From: an uncultured Acidobacteriota bacterium
GTDB taxonomy: Bacteria; Acidobacteriota; UBA6911; RPQK01; JAPXNP01
DNA: 64,000 nt
Direction: 5' to 3'
Assembly (NCBI GenBank): GCA_963777605.1
Contig: CAVZRV010000006.1
Span: 32,001 to 96,000, forward strand
The notes under the pieces were generated by a model that saw only the letters and a program-made list of their open reading frames with translations, ran no database searches and had not been told where the DNA came from. The position numbers and the translations under genes were made by a program. This document shows, in pieces, positions 49,735 to 61,923 of this stretch (position 1 is the first letter of the stretch; each line of letters begins with the position of its first letter).

Positions 49735-50202
49735 TCAGGACGCCATTGCGGCGTCTTTCTCCACCAGCGAGAACATCACCTCTGCCTCGGCAACTACGGC
49801 GCCATCGACATAGGCTTTGCCCTTCAACCGGCCAACCCGGGACTTGATCCGGATCACTTCCATTTCAAAACGAAGCTGGTCGCCGGGACGCACCGGCTTT
49901 CGGAACCGGGCATTTTCAATCCCTATGAAATAGACCAACTTGTTCTCCCGGTCAGCGAGCGTCTTGAAGACCAGCACCCCGCCAGCCTGAGCCATGGCCT
50001 CGACGATCAGGACACCGGGCATGATGGGCACTCCCGGAAAGTGCCCCGGGAAAAAAGGTTCGTTGATCGTGACATTCTTAAGCGCGACGATTCGCTCATT
50101 CGGCACGTACTCGATGATCCGGTCGATCATGAGAAACGGGTACCGATGGGGCAAATAATTCAGGACTTCCTGGATGCTCAGCACTTGGCCGGAATTCTCC
50201 AT
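49735..50202 (-). CDS. fabZ: 3-hydroxyacyl-ACP dehydratase
   Basis: LPHRYPFL and [20 protein letters not shown]. Confidence 0.97.
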   Translation of the reverse strand: MENSGQVLSIQEVLNYLPHRYPFLMIDRIIEYVPNERIVALKNVTINEPFFPGHFPGVPIMPGVLIVEAMAQAGGVLVFKTLADRENKLVYFIGIENARFRKPVRPGDQLRFEMEVIRIKSRVGRLKGKAYVDGAVVAEAEVMFSLVEKDAAMAS

Positions 50203-50216
50203 ATGTCGGTCCTCCG

Positions 50217-50804
50217 TCAAGGATTCTGGGGTGCGGTGGCACCGCCCGAAGCCGGAGCGGATGCAGCGGCGGCGACCGGGTTCTTCTGGTCGTAGAGTTT
50301 AATAATATCCGCAGTAATGTCGAGGGCAGGCGAAAAGAAAGGAAGAGTCGGGGTCTCCATGAAGACCGCACCGTAGCCGTTGGTCTCAGCGTATTCCGCA
50401 ATTACAGCCTGGATTTTCTCGCTCATCCGGGTCAAAACTTCATTCCGGCGCCGGTTGATATCCATCTCGAGGTCCTCCTGGGCGCGGCGGACCGTCCGGT
50501 CCTTCTCCGTGATTGAGCGCTGCATTTCCGCTGCGGTATCCGGGTTCAACATTCTGGATTGACTGTCATATTGTCGGCGGAGTTCCTGCAACTTGGTCTG
50601 CTCGGCCTCAAGGGCTTGCTGCCGCTCGTTGACGTAGGCCTCCAGCGCGGTCAGTTCCTTCTTTCCCTCGGCCGTGCCCTGGAGGATTGCCGTTGTATTG
50701 ACAAAGGCAATCTTGGAACTCGCAGGTGCGGCGCCCTGTGTGGCGCCGCCGAACAAAAGTCCACCGGCGAGCATGCTCGTAACAGCGGTCAATATTACTT
50801 TCAT
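50217..50804 (-). CDS. skp: OmpH/Skp chaperone
   Basis: Signal peptide, KIAFVN, coiled coil and DITADII. Confidence 0.9.
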   Translation of the reverse strand: MKVILTAVTSMLAGGLLFGGATQGAAPASSKIAFVNTTAILQGTAEGKKELTALEAYVNERQQALEAEQTKLQELRRQYDSQSRMLNPDTAAEMQRSITEKDRTVRRAQEDLEMDINRRRNEVLTRMSEKIQAVIAEYAETNGYGAVFMETPTLPFFSPALDITADIIKLYDQKNPVAAAASAPASGGATAPQNP

Positions 50805-50897
50805 ATCTATCTCCCCCTTCGGCAGGCATCCCAAGTCGTGGAACCGGCAACTACCCCGGAATGCCTGAGTTTCAATCGTTCCATTCTCGGCCCGGGG

Positions 50898-51467
50898 CTA
50901 CTGTTGCGGTTGAGGTGCAGGTTGAGCCGCCGTAGCGCCCTCGCTGGGATGCTTCTCATTGTAGAGGCGGATAATGTCCTGCGTCACGTCAAGGCTCGGA
51001 GAAACCCAAACCTGGGACTGGTCCCGCATAAAGACAACATCGAAAGAGTTGATCTTGGCGTACTCCTCAATCACTCCCTGCACTTTCTGGCTGATCACGC
51101 CGAGCAACTGTTCCTGCCGGTCGTTCAGATCGGTCTGGATGTCTTCCTGGAAACGGCGGATCTCCAACTGAAGCTGCTCGATGTCGCGCTGCATTTTGGC
51201 GGCGGCATCCGGGTTCAGTGTTCCCTGCTTGGTCTGATACTCCTGCTGCAGGTCAGCCAGGGCCTTGTTCTTGCCGTCGAATTCCTGCCGCTTCTGCGTC
51301 ATGTAGCGCTCAAGCTGCTCGACGCCCAATTTACCCTCGTTCGTTTGATAGAGGATTTCCTGACTGTTCACGAAACCGATTTTCCCTGCCTGGGCAAAAA
51401 GGGAGCCGGTTCCTGTCAACAACAGCAAGGCTCCTACCGTGGCAAGCAAAGACTTGTGATTTCCCAT
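50898..51467 (-). CDS. skp: OmpH/Skp chaperone (second copy)
   Basis: KIGFVN and DVTQDII. Confidence 0.9.
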   Translation of the reverse strand: MGNHKSLLATVGALLLLTGTGSLFAQAGKIGFVNSQEILYQTNEGKLGVEQLERYMTQKRQEFDGKNKALADLQQEYQTKQGTLNPDAAAKMQRDIEQLQLEIRRFQEDIQTDLNDRQEQLLGVISQKVQGVIEEYAKINSFDVVFMRDQSQVWVSPSLDVTQDIIRLYNEKHPSEGATAAQPAPQPQQ

Positions 51468-51498
51468 GTAATTCCTCAGCTCCTTCTCCATTCAACGG

Positions 51499-54132
51499 CT
51501 AGAAATTATACCCGACTGTAAATCTCACGTTGTGGTTCGGTTCGCGAAGCGGAAACTTGACTCCACCGACGACCACATCCGAATCCAGTCGCATCGGGTT
51601 GTAGGCAAATATCAGCCGAAATGGCTGGTTGATCACTGGCAGCAGGAACTGCACCTCAGCGCCAGTCGACATTCGCCAAATGTTGTTGGTCCGATCGAGC
51701 AAATCAATGTACGTGTTCGGACCGAAAAGCGTCAAGTTGTCCTTTCGAAGAATCGTCGATGTTCCCATGTCGACAAAACCCGAAACCTGGAGCGGACCGG
51801 CAATCGGGATTCGGTACTCCCCGTTCACAATCACGCTGGTGTCTCCCCCAACCGGAATCAACTGTTCAGAGACCGAGGGGAGACCGGTCCCGGGGTTGAT
51901 GATCGGATTCCCGTTGCTATCCACCAACGCCGATCGGGTGAATGCCCACGGGCTGACCGATCGGATGTCGAAACCTCTCAGGGAGAACTCTCCCCCGGAG
52001 AAAATCCGTTCGAAGAACGGCGCCGTCATTGGATCCCCCGATGGAAGGTTCCCGAACGGGACGATGTGCATGAGTCGGGCCCGGACCGCAAAGCTGTTCC
52101 TGCCACCACTGAGGAATCGATCAGGCCGAAACCACTGGTACTCCACAAAGGGGCGGATCAGGTTGAAGTCGCCGCCCAGGATGCCACCTGATACCGGCAT
52201 TTCAACGGTCAACTGCGACCCATCGGTCGCCGTGAAAAAGGCGTTCTTCGAATTGTAGATCAAGCTTGGGGTAACTTCACTGCGAATGATCCCGCTCTTG
52301 GCATCCTCGAGACTGCCCCCGGGCACAAAACCGATCAACTGGTTGAACGCGAAGTCCCCGTAAATGTCGTTGACATTGTCGATGCTGATGTTCTGGAGGG
52401 AATAGCTCAGGCCGGAGCGCATCCAGCGCCCCACCGGACGCGATCCGGACACAGTAAAACCGGTACTGCGCCTGGTGTATAGCGGGATGTTGTTGTCCGG
52501 ACCCACCAGTCCAAAATAGAGGGTGTAGGTATCAAACCGGTAGCGCTGGCTAAACACCGAAAGACCAAGAGTGGTCCGGGTGTCCAGGAAGTAGGGCTGG
52601 GTGTAAGAGAACATGTAGTTGGAACTGCGCGTCCCAGTGAGGAGTTGAACGTCGATCCGCTCGCCACGTCCCCGGAAGTTGTTGGTGGCGTAATTGATCC
52701 CGAAGAATCCTCCGCTGTAACCCGAAACTCCTCCAGTCAAGCCAATCGACTGCTGGCTGCGCTCCTTGACCTTGACCAGGATGTCCACATCGCCTTCGGT
52801 TGGCCGCTTGATGACTTCGTAGTCCTTCTCCTCTATGTTCTCGAAGAACCCGAGTTGGTTCAGTCGCCTGATGGAAATGTCGAGCAACTGACCGTTGAAC
52901 TCCATCTTCTCTTCGAGCAGGAATTCCCGGCGCAGCACCTTGTCCCGGGTCTTCGTGTTCCCGGAAAAGTTAATCTGGTTGACCAGGTAGCGCTTGCCTT
53001 CCGTGACGCTGACGTTGATGTCAACCGTTTGGGTGTCCACGTGGGGCTGGATGTCGGGCCGGGCATCCATGTCAAGGAATCCGAGCGTCGAGTAAAGCTC
53101 CTTCAGCTTGTCGGTCGATTCCTTCAGGCGGCTGTAATTGACCACCGCGCCTTCCTGAATGTTGAAGCCCCGCTTGACGATTTCCTGATCGAACGTCTGA
53201 ACCCCGTTCACCTCGAACTTGCCGACCCGGTACTGCTCCCCTTCCTCGATCGGAATCGTGATGTAGTACTGCTGTTTGGTCTTGCGGAACCCGATCAGCG
53301 GGCCCCGCGGACCTTCAACAATCTCCACCTTGGGACTGCCCGCCTTGGCCATGATGTAACCGATCTCGCGGTATTTCGCGAGGAGGTTCACCTGGACGTC
53401 GTACTCGAGCTTGTCCGCGATGTACTTGTCCTGGCCCTTGAACATCACGATCGGACCGCGCTCCTTGTTGAGTTCGAGCGCACCCCTCAAGGCGTCGTCA
53501 GAAAGCACCGTGTTGCCTTCGAATTGGAGCTTCCCAATACGGACCTTCGGCCCCTCCGTCAGCTTGAAAATGATCCTGACCGACGAAGAAGTGATCGGCT
53601 CGACAGCGATGTCCACGGTCCCCAGCGGCTTACCGTTGAGGTCGAGGAGCAGACGAAGAGCCTTCCGGGCCTTGGGAAGCTTGGATTCGTCAAAAGGGGA
53701 GTCGACCGTCAGGCCAACTTTCAGGTCCCGAAACTTCTCGAGGACGTCCGATTCCTTGAACGACTTCATCCCCTCGTACTCGATGGCGCGGACAAGCGGC
53801 CTTTCCGTGACCTCGAAAATGACGATGTAGCCGGTCTCTCCCTGTTCAAGGAGAACGTGTGCGTCCGAAAAGAAATTCGTGTTGAGCAGGTTGCGGAAAT
53901 CTCGCAGTACCTGCTGTTCATTGTAGGGGTCGTTCTCCTTGGACTGGACGTAGTAAAGAATCGTGCTCTCCGGAATTCTCCGATTTCCGACGACCCGGAT
54001 TTCTTCGATTCTTTGAGGCGGATTTTCGCCCTGAGCCAACATCGGGCCCACCTGGGCCAGGAAACATAACAACAGGCAGGAAAGAGCACGCCCGCGAGTT
54101 CGCCACAGCAACTTCAATATCGACTCCCGCAT
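51499..54132 (-). CDS. bamA: Outer-membrane assembly factor BamA
   Basis: POTRA repeats, GNTKTRDKVLRRE, LRGF and terminal Phe. Confidence 0.96.
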   Translation of the reverse strand: MRESILKLLWRTRGRALSCLLLCFLAQVGPMLAQGENPPQRIEEIRVVGNRRIPESTILYYVQSKENDPYNEQQVLRDFRNLLNTNFFSDAHVLLEQGETGYIVIFEVTERPLVRAIEYEGMKSFKESDVLEKFRDLKVGLTVDSPFDESKLPKARKALRLLLDLNGKPLGTVDIAVEPITSSSVRIIFKLTEGPKVRIGKLQFEGNTVLSDDALRGALELNKERGPIVMFKGQDKYIADKLEYDVQVNLLAKYREIGYIMAKAGSPKVEIVEGPRGPLIGFRKTKQQYYITIPIEEGEQYRVGKFEVNGVQTFDQEIVKRGFNIQEGAVVNYSRLKESTDKLKELYSTLGFLDMDARPDIQPHVDTQTVDINVSVTEGKRYLVNQINFSGNTKTRDKVLRREFLLEEKMEFNGQLLDISIRRLNQLGFFENIEEKDYEVIKRPTEGDVDILVKVKERSQQSIGLTGGVSGYSGGFFGINYATNNFRGRGERIDVQLLTGTRSSNYMFSYTQPYFLDTRTTLGLSVFSQRYRFDTYTLYFGLVGPDNNIPLYTRRSTGFTVSGSRPVGRWMRSGLSYSLQNISIDNVNDIYGDFAFNQLIGFVPGGSLEDAKSGIIRSEVTPSLIYNSKNAFFTATDGSQLTVEMPVSGGILGGDFNLIRPFVEYQWFRPDRFLSGGRNSFAVRARLMHIVPFGNLPSGDPMTAPFFERIFSGGEFSLRGFDIRSVSPWAFTRSALVDSNGNPIINPGTGLPSVSEQLIPVGGDTSVIVNGEYRIPIAGPLQVSGFVDMGTSTILRKDNLTLFGPNTYIDLLDRTNNIWRMSTGAEVQFLLPVINQPFRLIFAYNPMRLDSDVVVGGVKFPLREPNHNVRFTVGYNF

Positions 54133-54295
54133 TTTCAATCGACTTAGCTCCAACTCTCGGCCGCAACCATCCGCCCATGAACGCCAAGCGCCCGTCCCAG
54201 CGTCCCAAAACGAAGTCCCCATTTAAGTGAGAGACGACGGTCTTTTCAAGAGCCCGGGGAAAAAACTGCAAGAACGACTGGTGTCGATACCCGGC

Positions 54296-56737
54296 TCAGG
54301 CCAGGTCGCAAGAGAACAGAGCTCCTTCCACCAGGGACCCATCGTTCCGATAATACAGCGCATCCTCTTTCCAATAGACGGTCAAGGCCTCATTGTCTTT
54401 CAATTTCCCCTGAATTATCAGTTCGGAAACAGGGTCCTCAATATACTTCTGGATCGCTCTCCGTAACGGCCGCGCTCCGTAGGAGCGATCGCGGCAGGTC
54501 ACATCGATAATCCATTTCTTAGCATCTTCCGTCAGCTGAATGTGTATCCGCTTCGAGGCCAAGTTCTCATTGCCCTGCAACAAGAGCAGATCGACAATCT
54601 CCCGCAAGTCCTCTTCACTCAGGGACTCAAAGATAATCGTCTCGTCGAGCCGGTTCAGAAACTCCGGGTTAAAAACCCGCTTGACCTCTCCCAGAATCGC
54701 CTCCTCGGCCTGGATACGGGTTTGGTCCCCATCAGGCGTGAATCCCATCTTGCCCCGAGACATCAGGTGTCGGGCACCCAGGTTCGAAGTCATGATCAAG
54801 ATGGTGTTCTTGAAATCAATGGTATTCCCATGAGAATCGGTCAGTTGTCCGTCCTCAAAAACCTGCAACAGCAGATTGTACAGGTCCTGGTGTGCCTTTT
54901 CGATTTCATCCAGCAGTACCACTGAGTACGGATTCCGACGAATCTTCTCAGTCAGCTGACCGCCTTCCTCGTGCCCGACATAGCCCGGCGGCGAACCGAT
55001 AAGCTTCGAAACGGCGTGCTTTTCCATGTACTCAGACATGTCAAAGCGGACCAGCGCCTTCTCGCTCCCGAAGAGAAATTCCGCCAGCGACTTGGCGAGT
55101 TCCGTTTTCCCGACTCCCGTCGGTCCAAGGAACAAGAAGGAGCCCACAGGTCGATTCGGGTGCTTCATTCCGGCCCGGCTCCGACGAATCGCCCTCGCCA
55201 GCGCGGACACCGCCTTGTTCTGGCTGACCACCCGGCGATGGAGGTAATCCTCCATGAGGAGCAGCTTCTGCATTTCCTCTTCCTGGAGGGACTCGACCGG
55301 AATTCCCGTCCACCGGGAAATCACCTTTTCAACGTGGGACTTCTCAACCACCGGAGTCGTCGCCCGAGAGGCACTCCAATCCTGCTTTTGCGCCTCCAGC
55401 CTTTCCCTCTCAGCCTGTTCGGCCTCCTTCAGGCGGGCGGCCTCTTCGAAGTCCTTCGCCGAGATCGCCTCGTCCATCTCCCGTACGATCCCCTTGATGC
55501 GGCTCTGCGCCTCGGCCACCTCTTTTGGAAGAGAGGTGTTGTCCAACTTGACCCTGGCCCCTGCCTCATCGAGAACATCGATTGCCTTGTCCGGCAGAAA
55601 CCGGTCGGGGATGTAACGGCTGGACTGGTAAACCGCGGCCAGAATGGCTTCTTCGCGGTACTCCACCTGGTGAAAGGCCTCGTAGCGCTCCTTGATGCCC
55701 CGGATGATCTCGATGGTCTCCTGCTCGGTCGGAGGGCTCACGCGTACGGTCTGGAAACGACGCTCCAGCGCCCGGTCCTTCTCGATCGAACGGCGGTACT
55801 CATAAGGAGTTGTCGCCCCAACGCACTGAAGCTCTCCTCGAGAAAGAGCCGGCTTCAGGATGTTGGCCGCATCCAGGGACCCTTCCGCCGATCCCGCACC
55901 GACGAGGGTATGCAACTCATCGACAAAGACGATGAAGTTGGGATTCTCGGCCAGCTCCTTCATGATCGACTTGAGGCGTTCCTCGAACTGGCCCCGATAC
56001 TTGGTTCCGGCAACAATCAGAGAGATGTCGAGGGCCACGATCCGCTTGTCGCTCAGCATCGAGGGAACCTGCCCGACCACAATGCGCTGGGCCAGGCCTT
56101 CGACGATCGCCGTCTTGCCGACGCCGGGTTCACCGATCAAGACCGGATTGTTTTTGGTTCTCCGGCAGAGTATCTGGATGACCCGCTCAACTTCGTCTTC
56201 CCTTCCAATCAGGGGATCGAGGGAACCGTTCATCGCCGATTCCGTCAAATCGCGACTAAACTCCGTCAGAACCAGCCCGTCCTTCGACTTGTTGGAAGGC
56301 TTCTCGGGAGCGGTTCCGGCAAGCTCTTCACGAACCCGTGAAAGGCGGAGCCCCTTCTGTTGAAGAATGTCCGCGGCAAGGGAGTCCTCGGCTCGCAGAA
56401 GCCCGAGCAGGATGTGCTCAGTTCCGATGTAATTGTGCAGAAGGCGGTCAGCTTCCTCGCTGGCGTAGGTCAGAACCCGCTTGGACTGGTCGCTCAGGGG
56501 AAGTTCGACCGAGGTCGAGACCTTCTCCCGTTTCTGGCTTCGTCCCTCGATCTCCTTACGAATCCCGTCGAGGGTCGCCTGCGCACGGGGAAAGAACCGT
56601 CCGGCAAGCGCCTTGTCTTCCCGCAGCAGGCCCAAAAGGAGGTGCTCCGTCTCGATACAGCGCGACCCCAGTTGGCTTGCCTCATAGCGGGCGAAGAAGA
56701 TTACTCGCCTTGCCTTTTCTGTGTATCGTTCGAACAT
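54296..56737 (-). CDS. clpC: Clp protease ATP-binding subunit ClpC
   Basis: Clp_N repeats, [19 protein letters not shown] segment and GARPLRR. Confidence 0.96.
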   Translation of the reverse strand: MFERYTEKARRVIFFARYEASQLGSRCIETEHLLLGLLREDKALAGRFFPRAQATLDGIRKEIEGRSQKREKVSTSVELPLSDQSKRVLTYASEEADRLLHNYIGTEHILLGLLRAEDSLAADILQQKGLRLSRVREELAGTAPEKPSNKSKDGLVLTEFSRDLTESAMNGSLDPLIGREDEVERVIQILCRRTKNNPVLIGEPGVGKTAIVEGLAQRIVVGQVPSMLSDKRIVALDISLIVAGTKYRGQFEERLKSIMKELAENPNFIVFVDELHTLVGAGSAEGSLDAANILKPALSRGELQCVGATTPYEYRRSIEKDRALERRFQTVRVSPPTEQETIEIIRGIKERYEAFHQVEYREEAILAAVYQSSRYIPDRFLPDKAIDVLDEAGARVKLDNTSLPKEVAEAQSRIKGIVREMDEAISAKDFEEAARLKEAEQAERERLEAQKQDWSASRATTPVVEKSHVEKVISRWTGIPVESLQEEEMQKLLLMEDYLHRRVVSQNKAVSALARAIRRSRAGMKHPNRPVGSFLFLGPTGVGKTELAKSLAEFLFGSEKALVRFDMSEYMEKHAVSKLIGSPPGYVGHEEGGQLTEKIRRNPYSVVLLDEIEKAHQDLYNLLLQVFEDGQLTDSHGNTIDFKNTILIMTSNLGARHLMSRGKMGFTPDGDQTRIQAEEAILGEVKRVFNPEFLNRLDETIIFESLSEEDLREIVDLLLLQGNENLASKRIHIQLTEDAKKWIIDVTCRDRSYGARPLRRAIQKYIEDPVSELIIQGKLKDNEALTVYWKEDALYYRNDGSLVEGALFSCDLA

Positions 56738-56812
56738 GTGAAGAAATCAGCCGTACAGGTCTACTTAATTAAATCAGAATTTCTCGATCTATCGCAAATG
56801 ACGGACCAGACT

Positions 56813-57493
56813 CTAATCTACTCCGTGGAGCCGACCATCTACCATTCGGCAGCGTCTTCCGCACAGCAGCGCCAACTCAGGATTGTGGGTAACGATGACC
56901 GACGTCAGAGCGTAGCGGCGATGAATGCGGACGATCAGTTCGTGGATAGCCCCGGACGTCTTTTCGTCAAGATTTCCGCTTGGCTCGTCGGCGAGAAGGA
57001 GGCTTGGCCTGCCGACGAGGGCCCGCGCTATTGCCACTCTCTGTTGCTCGCCTCCGGATAGCTCCCCCGGCTGATGACCCATCCGGTGTGACAGCCCAAC
57101 TTCTCCCAGGATCTCCTTTGCACGCGTCTCGGCTTCCCGAAATCCCACTCCCCCGAGCAGCAGGGGGAACATGGTGTTCTCGAGAGCAGTGAACTCCGGC
57201 AGGAGATGGTGGAACTGGAACACAAAACCGATCGACTCGTTCCTGAAGACCGCCAACTCCCGGTTGTTGAGCGTGCCCAGGTTTTGACCATTGAAAAGAA
57301 TCCGCCCCGCATCAGGACGTTCCATCGCCCCGACCATGTGCAGGAACGTGCTCTTTCCGGAACCGCTTTCCCCCATGACAGCCAGCATCACCCCCGACTC
57401 CAATTCCAGGGACAGACTCCGGAGGATGTCGATGGTATCTTCCCCGGAACGAAATGACTTCGACAGGTTCTCCACGCTGAGGAGGCTACTCAT
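56813..57493 (-). CDS. lolD: Lipoprotein-release ABC ATPase
   Basis: [17 protein letters not shown] and [12 protein letters not shown]. Confidence 0.92.
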   Translation of the reverse strand: MSSLLSVENLSKSFRSGEDTIDILRSLSLELESGVMLAVMGESGSGKSTFLHMVGAMERPDAGRILFNGQNLGTLNNRELAVFRNESIGFVFQFHHLLPEFTALENTMFPLLLGGVGFREAETRAKEILGEVGLSHRMGHQPGELSGGEQQRVAIARALVGRPSLLLADEPSGNLDEKTSGAIHELIVRIHRRYALTSVIVTHNPELALLCGRRCRMVDGRLHGVD

Positions 57494-58706
57494 AGCGCAG
57501 TGCCTCCACCGGGTCGAGTCTCGAAGCCGCCCTCGCCGGATAAAGAGTGGCCAGGAAGCTGATCAGCAGGGCCGCCGCAGAAACCAGGGCCAGATCGCTC
57601 AGCGTCCAGCGAAAGGGCACGTAGGGAATTGAATAGACCTGGGGCTCGAGCCGGAAAATGCGGTAGGCGTCCAGATACCAGGAGATCCCGATTCCGAGGA
57701 CGTCTCCCATCACGGTTCCCACCAGGCCTATCAGGAGTCCCTGGAGCATGAATACCTTGTTGAAGACCTTCGAAGAGCCACCCATCGCGTGGATGATCGC
57801 GATATCCCGGTTCTTCTCCATCACCATCAGAGTCAGCGTACTGATGATGTTCAGAGACGCCACCAGGACGATCAGTCCGATGGCCACGAACATGGCCAGT
57901 TTCTCCAGCTGAAGGGCCGAAAAGAGCGGCCGGTTCAACTCGATCCAGGTGCTCGTTGTGTACCCGGGCCCAGCGAGCTTGCGCACTACGCCGGCCACTT
58001 CCGGAGCCTGATAGAGGTCCTCGAGCCGGAACTCGATCGTAGACACCTCGTCCGGTCCAAACCCGGCGAATTTCTGGGCCGCATCGAGAGGGACCAGCAC
58101 CCAGTGGGCATCGTAGTCCCACAGGCCCGATTCGAAGATCCCGGCCACCTGAAAATTCTGAAACCGGGCCATTTGACCCATCGGCGAAAGCTCGCCGCCA
58201 AACCCCACCGCCCGAACAAACTCACCGGTTGAGACGGCAAGCGAATTCGCCAGGTCTCGCCCCAGGACCATCACCGGTGGATTGCCGTTTTTATGGAAGT
58301 TGGCCCATGAACCCTCCACTAGCGGTGGTTCCGCCGTTGCCGCGATCGTGGGGTCAACACCCTTGATAACAGCCGGGTCCTGAAGGCCCGAACTCTGGAT
58401 CAGGCACTGGGTGTAGACCGTCGGCGTGATGCTGACGACTCCCGGCGCTTGGGAGACTCGCTCGATCAGCTTCTCGTACTGCGAAACCGGAGCCCCCCCC
58501 TGGCCAAGCAGGTTGACGTGGGAGGTCGCACCCAGGATCCGACTCTGGAATTCCTCCTGGAAGCCGGTATTGAGGGCCAGTGCGATGATTAGCGCCGCCA
58601 CGCCGGCCGCCACCCCGAGTACCGAGATCAGCGTGATCACGGAGACCACCGCCTGTTTCCGGCGGGCACGAAGGTAGCGAAGCGCGACGAAAAGCTCAAA
58701 TTTCAC
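57486..58706 (-). CDS. lolE: Lipoprotein-release permease LolC/E
   Basis: [20 protein letters not shown] and [10 protein letters not shown]. Confidence 0.9.
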   Translation of the reverse strand: MKFELFVALRYLRARRKQAVVSVITLISVLGVAAGVAALIIALALNTGFQEEFQSRILGATSHVNLLGQGGAPVSQYEKLIERVSQAPGVVSITPTVYTQCLIQSSGLQDPAVIKGVDPTIAATAEPPLVEGSWANFHKNGNPPVMVLGRDLANSLAVSTGEFVRAVGFGGELSPMGQMARFQNFQVAGIFESGLWDYDAHWVLVPLDAAQKFAGFGPDEVSTIEFRLEDLYQAPEVAGVVRKLAGPGYTTSTWIELNRPLFSALQLEKLAMFVAIGLIVLVASLNIISTLTLMVMEKNRDIAIIHAMGGSSKVFNKVFMLQGLLIGLVGTVMGDVLGIGISWYLDAYRIFRLEPQVYSIPYVPFRWTLSDLALVSAAALLISFLATLYPARAASRLDPVEALRYE

Positions 58707-60199
58707 TCTTGCGTCACCTGCGGCCTCAAGTGCGGGAACAGGATGACCTCCCGAATCGAATTCGAGTCGGTCAGGATCATCGTCAACCGGTCAATACCTA
58801 TTCCCTCCCCCGCCGTGGGAGGCATTCCATAGCGGAGCGCCCGAACGTAGTCCAGGTCCATCTCGTGGGCCTCGTCATCCCCCTTCTCCCGTTGCTGAAG
58901 CTGTGATTCAAAACGTCGCTGCTGCTCTTCGGGGTCGTTCAACTCACTGTAAGCGTTGGCCAGCTCCATGCCGCCGATGAAAAGCTCGAATCGCTCCACG
59001 AAACGTGGATCGCTGTCCTTTCGCTTGGACAGCGGAGAGACTTCCACCGGGAAGTCATAGATGAAAGTCGGCTGGATCAGCTTTTGCTCGACAACGGTCT
59101 CAAAGAGAAGGCCGAGCAGGTTGCCCCACAACGCTCCATCCTCGGCTTCAACCCCCGCTTCGGCGAGAAGGGACTTCAGCGAGTCGGCGCCATCGAGTTG
59201 CTCCAGTGTGAGCGGTTCACCTTCCCAGAACTCGATAATCGATTCCTGCATGGTCAGCCGGCGGAACTGCCCGAAGTCGATCTCTTCTTCGCGAAATGGG
59301 ACCTTCAACGATCCGGTCACCGCCGGCACAATGGTCCGGAAAAGATCTTCGCTGAGATCCATCAGGTCCACATAATCACTGTAGGCCTGGTAGAACTCCA
59401 GCATCGTAAACTCGGGATTGTGCTGGGTCGAGATGCCCTCGTTGCGAAAGTTCCGGTTGATCTCGAAGACCCGCTCAAACCCGCCAACGACAAGCCGCTT
59501 GAGGTAAAGTTCGGGGGCGATCCGCAGAAAGAGCGGAATCCCCAGCGCCTCGTGAAACGTCCGGAAAGGCCTCGCCGTCGCCCCTCCGGCGATCGGCTGC
59601 ATCATCGGTGTTTCGACCTCGAGGTAGCCTCGGTCCTCGAAAAAGTGTCGCATCTCGGATATCAGCCGACTTCTCCGCTCGAAGATCGTGCGCACGTCCG
59701 GGTTCGCAATCAGGTCCAGATAGCGCTGGCGGTAACGCGTCTCTACGTCGGCCAGTCCGTGCCACTTCTCGGGAAGCGGCAACAACGCCTTGGCCAGAAA
59801 CTGAAGCCGGTCAACGAATACCGTCAGTTCACCGGTCCGGGTTCGCGCCAGGATTCCTTCGACCCCAATAAAGTCACCCAGATCGAGCAACCCGTACAGT
59901 TCGTACGCTTCGTCCCCGACCCGGTCCTTGCGAACGTAGATCTGAAGCCGGTTCCCGCCGCCGGAGAGGTGTCCAAAGCTGGCTTTGCCGTGACCGCGAA
60001 TGGCAGTAAGTCTTCCCGCGATCGTGACCCGTACCTGGGATTCATCGAGCTCTTCCGTGCTCTTGGACTGGTATTCCTCGACTATCCCGGGAATCGTGTG
60101 GGTATAGCTGAACTTGTGTGGATAGACGTCGTAACCGGCTTTCTCAATCGCCGCCAGCTTTTCGTACCGCTGTTGGACGTGGTCGGCACCAACACTCAT
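58703..60199 (-). CDS. lysS: Lysyl-tRNA synthetase (class II)
   Basis: [21 protein letters not shown] and [11 protein letters not shown]. Confidence 0.98.
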   Translation of the reverse strand: MSVGADHVQQRYEKLAAIEKAGYDVYPHKFSYTHTIPGIVEEYQSKSTEELDESQVRVTIAGRLTAIRGHGKASFGHLSGGGNRLQIYVRKDRVGDEAYELYGLLDLGDFIGVEGILARTRTGELTVFVDRLQFLAKALLPLPEKWHGLADVETRYRQRYLDLIANPDVRTIFERRSRLISEMRHFFEDRGYLEVETPMMQPIAGGATARPFRTFHEALGIPLFLRIAPELYLKRLVVGGFERVFEINRNFRNEGISTQHNPEFTMLEFYQAYSDYVDLMDLSEDLFRTIVPAVTGSLKVPFREEEIDFGQFRRLTMQESIIEFWEGEPLTLEQLDGADSLKSLLAEAGVEAEDGALWGNLLGLLFETVVEQKLIQPTFIYDFPVEVSPLSKRKDSDPRFVERFELFIGGMELANAYSELNDPEEQQRRFESQLQQREKGDDEAHEMDLDYVRALRYGMPPTAGEGIGIDRLTMILTDSNSIREVILFPHLRPQVTQE

Positions 60200-60606
60200 A
60201 CTTCACTCCGTTGCGGACCGGTCAACACCCGGTCCAGGATTCCATTGACAAACTCGGGCGACTTTTCACCGCCGAACTTCCGCGCAATCTCGATAGCCTC
60301 GTCGATCAGCACAGGCTTGGCAGTCCCGGTCGAGAGCGACTCGGCAATGGCCGCGCGCAGGATGCATCGATCGACCGCAGCCATCCGCTCGAGCTTCCAA
60401 CTCCTCGCGGTCTCGCGGATCATCTCATCGATGACCTCCCGCCTTTTGACCGCCGCCCGAAAGATTTTCTCGGCGAGTTCCCGGGTGCCTGTTTCGGCGC
60501 GGTGGCTCTCCCAGAAGAGTTCCACCACTTCTTCCGGAGAGGCTCCGCTCTGTTCTTCCTGGAAGAGCATCTGCATCGCCATCTCCCTTCCCTTTCGACG
60601 ACTCAC
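60196..60606 (-). CDS. nusB: Transcription antitermination factor NusB
   Basis: [21 protein letters not shown] and FVNGILD. Confidence 0.96.
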   Translation of the reverse strand: MSRRKGREMAMQMLFQEEQSGASPEEVVELFWESHRAETGTRELAEKIFRAAVKRREVIDEMIRETARSWKLERMAAVDRCILRAAIAESLSTGTAKPVLIDEAIEIARKFGGEKSPEFVNGILDRVLTGPQRSEV

Positions 60607-61073
60607 TGGCGCCCCATCTCCCGAAACAGGTTCGCCATTTCAATCGCCGCAATGGTGGCTTCGCCTCCTTTGTTGCCGAACTTGATTCCAGCCCGATTCA
60701 TGGCCTGCTCAACCGTCTCTGTCGTCAGCACCCCATAGCTGACCGGCAGACCGAACTCAAGAGCGACCTGATCGATCCCTCTCGTCACCTCAGACGACAA
60801 GTAATCAAAGTGGGGCGTCTCGCCCCGGATCAGGCAACCAAGGCAGACGATCGCATCCAGTTTCTCCGAGGAAGCCAGTTTGTGGGCCGCGATCGGAATT
60901 TCGAAGCTTCCGGGGACCCGCACGACAACAACATGGTCCTCCCGTCCCCCACATCGTGTAAAGGTGGAGAGTGCCCCCTCGAGAAGCTTCTCGGTGATCA
61001 TGCTGTTGAACCGGCTGACTACGAATCCGATACTCAAGCCGTCTGCTGTGAGCGTTCCCGACCACTCTTTCAT
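60603..61073 (-). CDS. ribH: Lumazine synthase
   Basis: SRFNS, VPGSFEIP and IRGETPHFDY. Confidence 0.97.
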   Translation of the reverse strand: MKEWSGTLTADGLSIGFVVSRFNSMITEKLLEGALSTFTRCGGREDHVVVVRVPGSFEIPIAAHKLASSEKLDAIVCLGCLIRGETPHFDYLSSEVTRGIDQVALEFGLPVSYGVLTTETVEQAMNRAGIKFGNKGGEATIAAIEMANLFREMGRQ

Positions 61074-61082
61074 TGCATCACC

Positions 61083-61868
61083 TTACTTTCCATTGAAACG
61101 GGGAGGACGCTTTTCCAGGAATGCGGTCATCCCTTCCTTCGAGTCCTCGGCTGCAAACGCGAGTCCGAACGCCATCCCCTCGAACGCAAGACCTTCAGGC
61201 AGCGGCATCTCCAAACCGGCCCGAACCGCCCTGAGACACCCGCGGACTGCAACGCGGCTGTTGGCCAAAATCTTCCGCGCCAGCTCCCGGCACTCCGCCT
61301 GGAGTCGAGCCGCTTCCACAACTCGGTTGACGAGGCCCCACTCACAGGCCATCTCCGCCGTGATCATCTCGCCGGTCAGCAGCATTTCGCAGGCCCGACC
61401 GGCGCCAATCAACCGAGGCAGCCGCTGAGTAGCCCCAAATCCCGGGATTATGCCAAGCTTTACCTCCGGCTGCGCAAACCGCGCGGACGTCGCCGCGATC
61501 CGAAGGTGGCATGCCAGAGCCAATTCACAACCACCACCGAGGCAGTACCCATTTACTGCTGCTATTGCCGGAATCCCCAGGCGTTCGATCCGGTTGAACA
61601 GGCCTTGGGCGAATTCAGACAAGTGAACGGCACCGGCCGGATCGAGCGCAAGCAATTCCCGGATGTCCGCTCCAGCCACGAACGCTTTCTCTCCGGCCCC
61701 TGTAACAATCAAGGCACCGACATCCCTTCTCTCCTCGAGTTCATCCAGGAAGGCGCCCAGTTCCCGCAGAACCTCCTCACTGAGGGCATTCAGAGCATCG
61801 GGACGACGGACGGTCAGGAGACCAATCCCTTCGTCGAGGCTGAAATCGATGGTGGAAAAATCTGCCAT
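61083..61868 (-). CDS. Enoyl-CoA hydratase / crotonase
   Basis: AFVAGADI, LGGGCELA and PEVKLGIIPGFG. Confidence 0.94.
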   Translation of the reverse strand: MADFSTIDFSLDEGIGLLTVRRPDALNALSEEVLRELGAFLDELEERRDVGALIVTGAGEKAFVAGADIRELLALDPAGAVHLSEFAQGLFNRIERLGIPAIAAVNGYCLGGGCELALACHLRIAATSARFAQPEVKLGIIPGFGATQRLPRLIGAGRACEMLLTGEMITAEMACEWGLVNRVVEAARLQAECRELARKILANSRVAVRGCLRAVRAGLEMPLPEGLAFEGMAFGLAFAAEDSKEGMTAFLEKRPPRFNGK

Positions 61869-61923
61869 TTGGCGCTTCCCGACCGGCTTGGGCCTGTCGA
61901 AACGGGCCCCGTCGGTCTGCTCT